From Callorhinchus milii (taxonomy: Eukaryota): 64,000 bases of DNA. Of this stretch, positions 12,250 to 24,571 are shown piece by piece. Under the pieces are notes generated by a model. The model did not search any database, was not told the DNA's origin, and saw only the letters and a list, made by a program, of their open reading frames with translations. The first letter of the stretch is position 1. Each line of letters begins with the position of its first letter. The translations under genes were made by a program, and so were the position numbers. The stretch is from positions 73,038,001 through 73,102,000 of the forward strand of contig NW_024704743.1 of the NCBI RefSeq assembly GCF_018977255.1. Direction: 5' to 3'.

Positions 12250-13075
12250 CCTTACCCGCTGAGAGAAGGGAGCGGATTGGTTGGTAAAGGTTTAGCAGCT
12301 CACATAGTTAGGATTAAGCAAGACCATGGAGGACTTTAAGGGGAAGACGAGGATCTTAAACTTGATCCACTGGGGGATGCAGAGCCAGTGAAGCCAGGTG
12401 AGGATGGGAATGATAAGCTCGTGAAGCTTAATGCAGGAGAGGACACGAGCTGCAGTTCTGAATAATCTGCAGCTTGTGGAGGGAGGAGTTGGGAAGAACA
12501 TCAAGTAGGGAGTTAGCGTAGTCAATCCTAGACATAATGAAAGCATGGATGAGTGTCTTGGCAGCCTGAGGAGAGATGTATTGCTGGAGGCAGATGATGT
12601 TGCGGAGGTCAGGGAAGGCAGAACAAGTCATGGCATGGATGTGATGTTTAAAAGACAATTGAGGGTTGAACAAGACACCAAGGTTCCATACTGGGTCAGT
12701 AAGGTGGACTGTGGATCCAAATAGTGATGCCTTGAGTGCCTGAGGTGAGGAGGCACTGACAGGAGCCAAGCAGGAGAGCCTCAGTCTTGTCGACATTGAA
12801 TAGGAGAAAATTTGCCCTCATCCAGGACTTGATGTCTGACAGGCAGTCCGTCAAGACAGCAGTGATCCTGGAGTCGAGAATGGAGGCAGAAAGATAGAGT
12901 TGGGTGTCATCCGCATACATGTGGAAGTTAATAACAACAACAAAAAATTACATTTGTGCCTTTCACGTCTTGAGGACATCCCAATGCTCTGGACAGTCAG
13001 GGTTCCACACCTGAGCTGGTGGTTGGGATCAGGAGGGGTGGAGGGTGGGGAGGGTAGGGGTAGGAAGGTAACTTC
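12250..13075 (-). mobile_element. L2 LINE fragments (RT region plus a separate 3' end)
   Basis: [28 protein letters not shown] and LHWLCIPQWIKFKIL. (CAA)n tail at about 12930. Confidence 0.88.
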
Positions 13076-13825
13076 ATGCCTGCGGATAATGCTGTGTTGT
13101 TTTGCTTTTATAATGCTAATATTTGCTTTTGATGTTGTGTATGTGGTATTCTTGGTGTTTCTGCTGATTACATGCTTATAAATAAATGTTTACAAATAAT
13201 ATGACATGCTTATAAATAAATGTTTGTTACATGTGGCTCAGTAAAAAGTGAATCTACCACAGTTACCCTGTACAAGAACACTATATGAATGCAAGATGTT
13301 ATTGTGGTTGACGATTGTATGCAAGCAAATTCATTATTTATGAACAAAAGATTCTCTGTGATTTTTACTTTGAAACAACCTCCAGGTCCCATGTGATTAT
13401 TTTGTCCAGTCCCCGATTGCATCCAAATTTCTCTGAGTGTTAAATATGTTTCCATCGGTGTCATCTTGGGAATAGATTAATTCCATTTTTCACCATCATT
13501 TTTAAAAAGATGTTGCTACATCATATTTTCCTATTTGGGATTCAATCATGTCTACTTAAAAAAAGAGTGGAATGTCAGTTCAGTTTGGAAATCTAAAAAA
13601 TGTTTTTTGTGGTTAGGAGTCAAGACCTGTCAGTGTACTTGATTTTTTTCCTCAAACAAGACTTTTGCATTAAAACAATCAGATTCAAATAATAACATAA
13701 TGTGTCATCTTTGTTTAAAAGGAAATGTGTGGATTTGTTTTTGTGATTATTACATCAATTCATCACCTGACTTTTTACTGAAAAAGAGTCCATAACATTG
13801 GCACTCAAGTGCTTGTACCACTCTA

Positions 13826-14050
13826 GGGAGAAATTCCACCTGGGTCCAGACTTACTTCACTTTCTTAGCATTTCAGAGCATGCAGAATTTGGCAAATTAT
13901 TGAATTCGTCATAACATAGAAGCCAGTTTCCGTAGTTCTTAAAAGAAATTACAGCAAATCAGCTTCAAAATGGAGAATAAGAATTGCTGAGTTCTTCACA
14001 TTCTGAAATATTAAGAAAATAGAGTCAAATTAGATTAATTTTCTACCCAC
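13826..14050. mobile_element. Degenerate palindromic non-autonomous DNA element
   Basis: Ends GGGAGAAATT / AATTTTCTACCC, with arms sharing TAGCATTTCAGAGCAT. Related copy at 37853-38200. Confidence 0.45.
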
Positions 14051-14104
14051 TCTGTGTCCTCTGACTTCTGTTTTAGGGGAGATTGACTATAGCTTACATA
14101 TTCT

Positions 14105-14404
14105 ATAATAATAATAATCCTTGCATTTGATATAGAGCTTTTCAGTTCTTCTCGACATCTCAAAGCGCTTCACAGAATAGACTGTAAAGTGAATTGACCG
14201 TATATTTGTAGGCGAAACATGGCAGCCAATTGCGCACAACAGTGTCGTAGATTGACAATGACCAATTTATTATTTTTGTTTTGGAGGGATTATTATTAGG
14301 CGTGTGGAGTAAGGAAACTTGCCCAAGGTTTCGCACTGCCTGGAATTGAACCCAAGTGTCTCACTTGCAAGGCGAGTGCTCTAACCACTGAGCTACAGGA
14401 CTCC
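14105..14404 (-). mobile_element. Full-length tRNA-headed SINE
   Basis: Reverse complement of the 6121-6432 family. Confidence 0.9.
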
Positions 14405-14584
14405 ACATCTGTTCCATCTAAAATATCCCTCTGCTGTTTCACACATGTTATGAAACAGCAAGCAGAATCTATCAGAATATTCAAGAGGGAATTGCAAAAC
14501 TATTTGGCAGATTGTGGGAATTGAGAGATAGATAAGTATAAAACTGTTTTGTTCCTTCATTTTTTCTCTCTCTCTTATAAATCT

Positions 14585-14891
14585 AATAATCCTTGTGTTT
14601 GATATAGCACTTTTCACATCTTCTAGCCGTCTCAAAGCGCTTCACAGAATATACTGTAAAGTAAATTGACTGCATATTTGTGGGCGAAACACAGCGGCCA
14701 ATTGCACACAGCAGTGTCCCACAAATAGTCATGGATTCCAGTGACCAATTTATTATTGTTTTTTGTTCTTGAGGGATTATTGTCAGGGGAGTGGAGTAAG
14801 GAAACTTGCCCAAAGTTTCACCCTGCTGGAAATCAAACCCAGGTTCCTTGCTTTTGAGGCGAGTCCTCTAACTACTAAGCTACAGGACTCC
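14585..14891 (-). mobile_element. Full-length tRNA-headed SINE
   Basis: Reverse complement of the 6121-6432 family. Confidence 0.88.
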
Positions 14892-15699
14892 ACTCTTCTG
14901 ACTCTCTCTCTCTCTTTGAAACCACAATAGACTTTTTCAGTATGTACATTCCTATCATTTTATGTCATGTACATAAAAAACACATGAGAAAGGAATCTGT
15001 GTCGAACCTTCTATATTGCGACATTGTTCATTAGATCAAGTCTTCCACAACATTTTTATCAATTGAGTGGGATATGCCTAATGCCTTCAGGTTGCTCATT
15101 CCTGGAAACTCGCAAAAAATTTACTTAGATCTCGGTGTTGGGCCAATAAAATAAATACCTGCCTCACATTCAATTAAATGACAGACACTGAGAGATGAAA
15201 GAAAAGCAAACACTTACCGGAGGGAGTGGGGTTGTGGGGGGCTGCTACCCAGTAGATGCAGATGCTAATTTATCAGAGTGTTACATAAGGAGTGCTTGAA
15301 ATCTTATCCAATAACTCTCAAATTTCAAAGAATGAATTACAATTAGAAACTTTATTTGAAAAAAATGTTGCTTTATGTAATGCCCAAAATACATAAACTT
15401 TCAATTGCATATTAAGAATAATATAATCGTCAAAATAATCTTTACATAGATAACAATAAACTTATGTTTTTATACAGTAATATAGCTTTAACTCAGTTCA
15501 AAGTAACAGCATATTAGGATATCTTAAATTAGGTTCAGCTAAGCTTCAGTTAATAACATAATAATAAAATCCAACTGAAGATTATAAATGTACTAGCAAA
15601 ATTAACCCCAGCAAGGTAGCAATCATATCTTCAAAGTTTTATTTCAATAAACAATGCAAACAGATTGCTGAGCTATACTGCTAAATCAGTCAAGTTCAG

Positions 15700-16068
15700 A
15701 ACCCTGGACATCATATGGAAGCTATAGGGAGCCTCATCAATATGTATCACAATTTAAATGGGATTGAAAAAGTAAACATGAGATAACATAAACCCAGATC
15801 AATACTTTAGGATGTAACCATAGAGTAGAACAAGAGGGTATAGGGTTAGAGGTGGAAAAGGCATTTTCAAAACAGATACCAGGAAGTTTTTCTTTACTGA
15901 GGGGTTAATTAATGACCAGAACAGGTTGCCAGGAAAGGTGGCTGAGGCCAGGGCACTGAACTCATTTAAAAAACAGCTTGATGCTGTGACAGGAGGATGG
16001 AAGGGTGGTATGGAGTTGAGATCTTCTTTATCCAAACTAATCTCATGATCTTGTGAAGTCTATGATTC
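15700..16068 (+). mobile_element. Old CR1 LINE 3' fragment
   Basis: AGAACAAGAGGGTATAGGGTTAGAGGTGGAAAAGG...AGGAAGTTTTTCTTTAC...TTTAAAAAACAGCTTGATG, the typical CR1 ORF2 end. Confidence 0.7.
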
Positions 16069-16552
16069 AGATAGCTTTAACACAAAAATTGTGACCTCTT
16101 TGATCAGAAGACAGTTTAACCAGAGTGTGGAACAACGGCAGATTCTCTCAATCTGAGGTTCATCATTTGGTTTATTGGCAATTTCTTATAGTCTTCCTTT
16201 TTCTGATGCACTGGGTATTTTTGTTATCACCTTGTCATTTTCTCGATTTGCTACTTTATATTTGTTAGACCCCTGTACAAGTTGAGAGAGCACTGAATAT
16301 TTTACCAACAGGCTGACAAACTCAATGAACAATGAACTAGAAAACAGAGTCTCAGTGAATCACAATAATTGATCTAACTGATTGTAACTCATGAACTGAC
16401 TTGATAAGCAACCTTGCCAAAACACAACCTTACTTCAGACAATCTCATCTATCAATCACTCTCCAAGCATAGGATTCCAATTAAAACTCTGAGCTAACTT
16501 AATCTCTGCTATTTTCTGATTTCTGTTCTGCTTTTAATTAAAAGATAACACA

Positions 16553-16857
16553 TAATAATAATAATAATCCTTGCGTTTGATATAGCACTTTTCATGTCTT
16601 CTAGGCATCTCAAAGCGCTTCACAGAATATATTATAAAATGAATTGACTGTATATTTATGGACAAAACACAGCAGCCAATTGCACACAACAGTGTTTCAC
16701 AAACAGTTGTGGATTGAAGTGATCAATTTTATTATTGTTTTTTTCTTCTTGAGGGATTATTATCAGGCATGTGGAGTAAGGTTTTGCCCTGCCGGGAATC
16801 AAATCCAGGTCTCTCACTTGCGAGGTGAATGCTCTAACTACTGAGCTACAGGTCTCC
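16553..16857 (-). mobile_element. tRNA-headed SINE
   Basis: Same family as 6121-6432. Confidence 0.85.
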
Positions 16858-18062
16858 AGGATATCACATGGTCTTGTTGACCAAACTTTGCCATGCATTC
16901 CTTTCCCATTAGAGATCACTGAAGCAAAAACAAAGAAGCCTTTGTAGGGAGATGCCAGGGAGTGAAGGGATTTGAACACAAGTGTAAGGATCTTAAAGTC
17001 AAAAGACTGAATTGAAGAATTTTTCATAGTACTGCACCACCTTAAATCTTAATGGTCCTATATGCTAAGACTAGTTGAAACTGTATCCTTTAAAGGTAGA
17101 GCTCTATTTATTACAAAGTTAAGTTGATCTGAAGGGATATTGTCACATCACAGCTACAGAGAAGCGTTGAGATATCTGCTGTTCTCATTACTGTCTTGAA
17201 AACAATTAGAAGCAGAGATAATGGGGTTTAATTTGTAGTATTTATTGGTAGATTTCTTTACAACACGTGTATTTATAATATTTGAAACACAACATGCTGA
17301 AGAATGCATTACGTTTCCTGAATTCTCTGACATACTCTGAACTTTTTGGAAAGAAGTAATTTGAGCACTGAGCAAATTGGGACAAACCTTACAAGGGATA
17401 TTGAGGTCTGGCACATGGTGTAACATGTAGACTGATCATAAATGGCTATTTTAGCAACTGGACAGGGGGGACACAATAGACCTCATTGTTTATAGCTTCC
17501 TATTCAGAAGTCTGTTAAAATAGTTCACTATAATCAAATAAACTACATAATCAGCATTTCAGAAATTATTCATACGATAATGAAGTTTGTTTATTTATGA
17601 ATTACAGAATTGCTGTTTTCCAAAAGTTATTTTTCTAATTTTCTCCTTATTGTCATCTCTGCCTTTAATCTGCAGCCTCCTCATATTGGAGAGTTTTTAT
17701 CGATGCTGGTTATTCCTCCAACTACCCCCACAAAAGGCATTTTTCATGTGTGAGCCTTGGCAGTGAGTGTTGCTTGGTCACTTGACTGTGACTTGGTCAC
17801 AGCCAAGCCTGTCTGCCCTCACCCACAAACAGTGGACCGTGCTGAAGAGGGCAAGAAGTCCAAGCCCTGGCTCGTTTAATCATCACTATCCCTGGTCCAA
17901 TTTCATCTCTCCAGACCAGCAAACTCAATATGGGTTGAGATTCTAATCTGTAACTACAACTTCACTAAGTTATCTGGGCTATTATTGCTGTTATTGTATT
18001 CAGGATATAGATAGTCTTACATTTGAAAAATAATTTCATTCATTCAGGTGGCAAAGACGCTT

Positions 18063-18308
18063 TCAAACACGATCATTTCCTGATTTTAGCTTCCTTTCCC
18101 AACCCTGACGGATCCTGGTAACCATTCTGTCCACACATGGCGTAATGAGAATCAGCTTCAGAGCCAGCACAATGCAGGGAATCACCAGAGAAAGCATGAA
18201 TGATGGTGGAAGCCCCCACTTATACTTTGACGTTTTCAGGAATCTATCCCAGCCATATACAGCAGCATGACCCGCGGACAGCAACAGGGTGACATGACCA
18301 AGCTTGGA
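18063..18308 (-). CDS. STEAP4: STEAP4 copy A last coding exon
   Basis: Acceptor cttttcttacag|TCCAAG. Translates [24 protein letters not shown]...[16 protein letters not shown]. Confidence 0.94.
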   Translation of the reverse strand, partial: SKLGHVTLLLSAGHAAVYGWDRFLKTSKYKWGLPPSFMLSLVIPCIVLALKLILITPCVDRMVTRIRQGWERKLKSGNDRV

Positions 18309-21300
18309 CTGTAAGAAAAGGGAGCAGTAATTCAGTCAGGTCTTAGTCTGGCTCGAAAGAGATTGGAAAATATTTCCCAAATAAAACCACTTGAATAATT
18401 TGGGTGAATTTTGTTTTCATTTATACAAAACCAACCAATGCAAAATAGATAAGTGACTACAACAACATTTATATGGAACCCTTCATGCAGAATGGCGTAT
18501 TGGAGTGCTATACAATGATGGGTTATATGCCAAGCAAGGGAAAATGGGGAGGTCATCATAGGGGCAGTCAAAGTGGGAATTAATAATAGCTAAAGAGGGG
18601 GTGAGGTGGAGAGTATGAGACAGAGAGTTCCAGAGGTTAGGGGCATAGTGGCTGAAGGGACAGCTGCTCGAGGTGGCATAGAAGGATAGGGAAACTTTCA
18701 GCAGACCTGTGTTAGTTGAGTGAAGGGGCAGGCAGAGGAATGGGATACAAGCAGGTCAGAAAGATGGGGAGGTGCTAGGGTAAGAATGCATTGACATATT
18801 TTATACTGGCAAAGTGGTGGCAGTCATATTTCTGAATTTGAGTTCAGTTCCTATCCCGAGTCATCTTTCTTTCTCATTACGCCCCACTCTGGAACTCCCT
18901 GCCTCAAACCCTTTGCCTTTCCCCTCTTTACCTATCTACAAATCACACCTTAAAACCTTTCTCTTCAGCTGCACCCAAGGTCACCTGCCCCCTCCCCTTC
19001 CTCCTATTTTATGATGCAACACTCCCAGATTCTATTCTGCATGAAGGGCACTACATGAATGCAAATGATTGTTGTATTTATATATATTTTTGTTGTTTCC
19101 TGTTTTTTGCATGATGATAGTTTTTCTATATTGTTTTAGTATAAACATAGTGGTTTAGTTGCTGATGCTGTATGATTCTGTTATCAGATTTGATACTCTC
19201 TCAGTAACTGTTGTGTAAAATTCCATTCAGCATTATGCGTAATGCTTTTATTGATTTCGACCACTGATGGGATTTCCCATCACATTGTAAAGGCGTTGAA
19301 TGTAACGCTAAATTGAATTTTTACCCCCACGGGTCCTGTTCATGATATTTTTATAATATATTTGCAATATTAAAAATAAACAATTTGAAACAAGATGGCA
19401 TGATTCAGCTCTAGGCATTTTGGCAAAATAAAATTCCACTGAGGAACTGTTCTGAAATCACATTGAGTTTGTACAGTCTGAAATATCCTGAAATAAATCA
19501 TTCAGCCCACAGCTCCTAAATCAATTTAACAACTCGGTTTTCGAAATCTGCTTTCTGAGTAGCAATTAAAGTGCAGGTTTATTTTCTGATATGGATACAC
19601 TGTATATCAAATTCAAAAAGTTGCAGATGATCCAGGTGGGTACCTACCCAGAATACCTTCATGTTCCTATTTGCTTCTCCCCAGCTACCCATAAACTACA
19701 CTGATGCAGAACTTCAAAATTCCTTATCCACATTAAACTCTGTATCCCCATCACACCAGAACTTGCCAGACTTCACTGACTCCCGATCCCAGAACAGATC
19801 GATTTCAAGATCCTCTCACATCTACATATCACTTCATGCCCTGGCACCTCCCTACCTTTCCAACCTGCTGTCTCCCCATTCCACTGTCCGCTGTCTCCGC
19901 TCAGCTGGCACTGAACTCCTGCTTGTCCCTTATCCTAAGGTGGCCGGGCCTTCAGCCTCTCAGCCCCCAGGCTCTGGAACTCCATCCCCCAGTGCCTTCG
20001 CCTTGCTTCCTCCCTTTCCTCCTTCAAGGCCGGTCTCAAAACCTTTCTCTTTGACCGTGCCTTCAGCTCCCCTCTCGACTCTTCCCCCTCCTCGCTCCCT
20101 CCCTTCCCTCCCCTCACCCTGACCATTTCACCCCTCCTCGCTCCCTCCCTTCCCTCCCCTCACCCTGACCATTTCACCCCTCCTCGCTCCCTCCCTTCCC
20201 TCCCCTCACCCTGACCATTTCACCCCTCCTCGCTCCCTCCCTTCCCTCCCCTCACCCTGACCATTTCCCCCCTGCTCGGGTCATGACCCAACTGTGCAGC
20301 GCCTTGGGACGTCCTCCTGACGTGAAAGGCGCTTTATAAATGGAATCTTGTTGTTGTTGTTGTTGTTGTATCCCCTCTGCTCCCCCATCAGCGGCCGTGC
20401 TTTCATCCACTGAGCCCTGAAGCTTCGGAGCTCTCTTCCTCAATCCCACGTTGCCCCTCCTTCCCTTGTTTAGATCATGACCGAAGACTTTCCTCTTCGA
20501 CCGTGATTACAGTTACCTCCTCCCTTCTCCCCTGGCTTGGCATTAGGTTCCACCACTGTTAAGCGCTCTAAGACTCTGCGCCACGTGAAGGGCACTATAT
20601 AAATGCAAGTTGTTGTTGCTTGGCTTGGTTACTCTACAGCAATGAATCTTTAGAAATGACGCATGAAATACCTGCACAAATCTGAACTCTCTCCAGTTCA
20701 TTGAATTGGCAATTGATGGAAAGGAAGTGATTCCAAGCAAAAGGAAGAGAAAAAAGCCCAAGATTCCAATTGCGTAATACAGATCCCCACGCCAGGCTGA
20801 TAGTTTGCTCATTTCCGAAGACGTTGTGTTCTTTTGTGCCTGGATAGAAAATGGAAATAGACAATAGGATAATGAAAACTTTTTTTGGCTACTGTCCCTC
20901 AAGTCTGTTGGCAGTCTGACACATAACTTCCAAAGGGATACATATCAACTTCAAACATATTGTTCCAATGTTTGCTCATTCGAGAATTAATCCAACTTCC
21001 TTTAGATTCCTTCACATGAACCACAAGGCACTGGATAATCTAAAGCCAATATTTATTCATTCTTGGATGAGGCCGCTACTCCACATGAAGGGCGCTATGT
21101 AAATGCAAGTTGTTGTTATTCTCATTGCTATTGTTGTTGAAGGAGTTGTTTCCCTATCCAAATATCTATCATAATTAATTATGGTCTGAGTGGCTGTTTT
21201 CAGCATAACATTTGAATAATCGTATATATGTATATCTTAGAATAAAGGATATTTCAATGCATAACTAGTTAAAAAAAGCAAGCAATATACTGTATTGGTC

Positions 21301-23514
21301 ATTAACAGAGAGGAACAAAAGTAAGTTCTTGCTGGGTCAGAAAGAACAGTGTGTTCTGTTGGTGTCCTGCCTGTGGCAGCAAATTAAAGTTGAAAGAAAA
21401 AAACAGACAGACTTGGATTGCCTAGAAAGCAAATGGGAATTGACCATCTGTAAGGAAGCAATAACCCAACAAATGAAGGACAATGAAAAAGTGCATTCTG
21501 TATGTGAGTCTAGCTCAATTTGCAGCTCTTTCTCTCTGAGTCAGTCTGTTGTGAGTTTAAGTCCCATGTCAAGTCCCATTGCTGGGTGTGCTGCATTCCT
21601 GGAGATGCCATCCTTTGGATGAGATGTTAAACCGGGGTCCCATCTGCCTGTTCAGGTGCATGTTAAAGATCCCATGGCAATTTTGAAAAGAGAAGGGCGT
21701 TTAACCTGGTGTCTTGGCCAACAATACCCCAAATACATCCTGACAAAGTTTGTAAACATCCGTTGCTTGTATGCCAAATTGGTGTCCCCATGAATCGTCG
21801 CCCCCATTTTACCTGAAGATCTTTATAAGAGCGTGCATTATTAAAAAATCTCTACCTGATAATGATGCATACTGCAAATGTTTCAAAAGTAAACATTTAA
21901 TTGTTGGCTTTAATTGCAGCTTGTTTTTTAATATGTCCGCATGAGAATAAAGTAGTCACAGACTTGAGGCTTGAAATTTGCTATGTTCTTAGTCTTAAAT
22001 CCATTGTTTTAAAATATAAGATCTTGCACAATTTTGGAAATGTTTCAAATTTCGTCAACTTTGACCAGTTTCCTATAATTTTTTGAAGGCTTTAGGGATG
22101 GCTGGAAATTAGCATTGTTTCATAAGAAATCGAATGTGTTGGTTAATATGTTTGGAAATATCACAACTTTCAATGGAATCAAATTGAAATGGGAGCGTGT
22201 AAATACAAGCGCATGTCTTACCTCTGCTGCGATATGGTTAGTGAGCCACCATCTGTATGAGTATCGAATTGGTATGATTAGCGTGTAGAAAACATGAAGA
22301 AAGGCGAAGGCTAGGGCCACAAGCCCAAGCTGTTTTCGACACAACATCCACCTGTCCAGCCAGTTTGGGAAACGTTTGTACTTTGTGCCTCTGTAGAGCT
22401 GAAGGAGTGCAGCCATCACACCTGGCAGGTAAACCAAGCCCAGGAGGATGAGAGAGACTGTCGGGAAAACATGGTTGGGAATGGATATCAAAAGCCGATA
22501 AGAATTTTCAGTGCCTCTTATCACATAGGAATAGATTAAATCAATCAACACACAGTACAAGTAGATCAAAATGGTGAGGCCAGCCGTTATGATAAATGGA
22601 AGCCTCCACATTGGGAAGAGCTGCAGAGGGTAGTTTTCCACTTCATTGGCTGCTAACAGAGATCCCTGGTCTAAAGGAGTGAGGCCAATACTCCTGGCAA
22701 TGTCCATCACCAAATGTTTGGCTTCACCATCCTCTCCACAGACAAAGACCTGTATTAAAGAACAATAATAGTTTAGTTAGTGCTCAAATTACAAATAAAA
22801 CTATAATTTAACATGCATGGACGCACAACAATATATAACACCTTTCACTTATAAAACTCTTATCAAAATGCCCAGAAATCATTTAAGATTGCTTTTCAAA
22901 CTTCACCATTGAGAATGATATTGAGGGAGGATTATTTTCTGTACACATCTAGGTATATTCAATACACTAGATATTGAATGTCCTGCTAAAGTGACCTCAT
23001 AGTCTTTGTTTGCAAGATCAGAAGAGAGGTTCAGTTGGTGTTCATTGACAATAACATAAAATTTCAATCTTACCTGACTGTTTGCGTCCAGGTTCCCTGA
23101 TTGCAGGGCCCAGGCTGAAACGGTGTTAAAGCCCTTCACCACAATGGCTTTGGGAACCAGCTGAGACAGATATGCTGCATTAGACTCTCGGTACTGGTTT
23201 ATTTTCAGGTTGTTGCTCACATCCACCAGCACTTTACCATCAAACAAATCACACAGAGGTTGGAGGAAGTCATAATTTTCCCTGTGAACAGCCAAGAAGA
23301 TGATCTGGGATCTTTTCAGAGCATCAGCGTGTGTGAACACCTCAGCTCCTCCAGGCAGCAGGGCAGAGTTCTTGGGGTTTCGGCTGCCGAATATCACGGG
23401 ATATCCAGCCTTGATCAGCCTCATACCCAGGGACCTGCCAAAATCTCCAGTCCCCAAAATACACACTGCGTTCCGTTTGTGGACATGTTCACCTTTAAGT
23501 GAATTCATATTCAT
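18063..23514 (-). CDS. STEAP4: STEAP4-like metalloreductase, downstream tandem copy A (4 coding exons, 460 aa)
   Basis: Spliced join 23514..23074, 22749..22222, 20839..20672, 18308..18063. All introns are GT-AG and phase 0. Contains the Rossmann GTGDFG and GSR motifs, [40 protein letters not shown], heme His in FLHVFY and GHAAVYG, NWREF and IRQGWE. Start assumed at the first in-frame ATG of exon 2. Confidence 0.95.
19213..19327. mobile_element. Foldback MITE-like element in STEAP4-A intron
   Basis: Arms TGTGTAAAATTCCATTCAGCATTATGCGTAATGCTTTTA / reverse complement GGGGTAAAAATTCAATTTAGCGTTACATTCAACGCCTTTA. Central hairpin TGATGGGATTTCCCATCA. Confidence 0.6.
19780..20369 (+). mobile_element. 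L2 LINE 3' end with (TTG)n tail
   Basis: Matches the 3' ends of the L2 copies at 10780-10927 and 58150-58367. Confidence 0.88.
20086..20270. repeat. 46-bp tandem repeat x4 inside L2 3' UTR
   Basis: CTCG anchors at 20091, 20137, 20183 and 20229. Unit CTCCTCGCTCCCTCCCTTCCCTCCCCTCACCCTGACCATTTCACCC. Confidence 0.95.
20672..20839 (-). CDS. STEAP4: STEAP4 copy A coding exon 3 (168 nt)
   Basis: Acceptor tttctatccag|GCACAA and donor CAG|gtattt. Translates [56 protein letters not shown]. Confidence 0.93.
22222..22749 (-). CDS. STEAP4: STEAP4 copy A coding exon 2 (528 nt; linker and TM1-TM3)
   Basis: Acceptor ctttaatacag|GTCTTT and donor GAG|gtaaga. Translates [20 protein letters not shown]...[27 protein letters not shown]. 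Confidence 0.95.
23074..23514 (-). CDS. STEAP4: STEAP4 copy A coding exon 1 (NADPH oxidoreductase domain); exon acceptor at 23532
   Basis: Acceptor tttcgcag|ATAGAA and donor CAG|gtaaga. Translates [30 protein letters not shown]...DANSQ. Confidence 0.92.
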
Positions 23515-24195
23515 GAGTGCAGAGTTTTCTATCTGCGAAACACAAACAAGCCACATGGTAATTTTATTGAACAAAATGAAAAATATCACAGATGTTTTAA
23601 TAGAGAAAGATTCCCATTCTAAAGAATCAGGCAGCCAGTAGTGGTATATATTTTTATTTTTAGTGAATTTGCCTTTCACAAAAATGATGGGTGGGACTTG
23701 GAATACGTTCTTATTTCGGAGATTTGGTGTCAGTACGGAACATTTCCAGGTTAGATACATTGCCCAAATAATGTACTTCAACTCCCGTCCTCAGAAACTA
23801 CCTCACTGCAACCGTGTGATATTTATTATTTCACACACCGGCTTCAATAAACTAAATAAACTACTCTCCATCTCTGAAAAGCAAACACAGAAACAACACA
23901 TGAGGGTTGTCCTTGCCAATTAGTTCTGATAAACAAAGTGTTACAAAAGGAAGCATATTAGGTAGCGAGCAGGAGAGTTGGATAAGATGAAATGTCTCAT
24001 GTGGGGCAAAAACAGCATTGAAAAGCACTATCTGATCCAAAAGTATCTCTTTTAATTAGTTCGATGTATCATCATTTCCTCCATAACTGCAATATATTTT
24101 CCAATAAAGTTTCATCGCCTCTCATCTCAGATGCTACGTAAGTCATTTCTACAGACAAAGTGAACCAAATAGGGATGAGACCAGTTAAACCTTAT

Positions 24196-24571
24196 GGAGT
24201 CCTGTATTTCAGATTAGAACACTCACCTTGCAAGCGAGAGGATCTGGGTTTGATTCCTGGCAGGGCGAAATGTTGGACACGTTTCCTTACTCCACACTCC
24301 TGTTTACCTAGCAGTAAGTAGGAACCCAGTTGATAGTCGATTGGCGGATCGCTTTTCTGGGGGTAATAAGTCCTTCAAAATAAATTAAAATAATTTGGTC
24401 ACTCAATCCACGACTGTTTGTGGGACACTGCTGTGCACAATTGCCTGCTGCGTTTCGCCCACAAAATATACAGTCAATTCACTTTACAGTATGTTCTGTG
24501 AAGCACTTTGAGATGTATCAACGACGTGATAAGGTGCTATATCAAACGCAAGGATTATTATCATTATTATT
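24196..24571 (+). mobile_element. tRNA-headed SINE, long variant
   Basis: GGAGTCCTGTA head, extra CTGTTTACCTAGCAGTAAGTAGGAACCCAG segment, Deu-like core and ATT tail. Confidence 0.88.

Noticed and set aside
23533..23781. N-terminal extension MKYIIWAM... in the ORF track (also 42360-42608)
   Set aside because: It lies upstream of a good splice acceptor and has no STEAP similarity. It appears twice only because the intron is inside the conversion tract.
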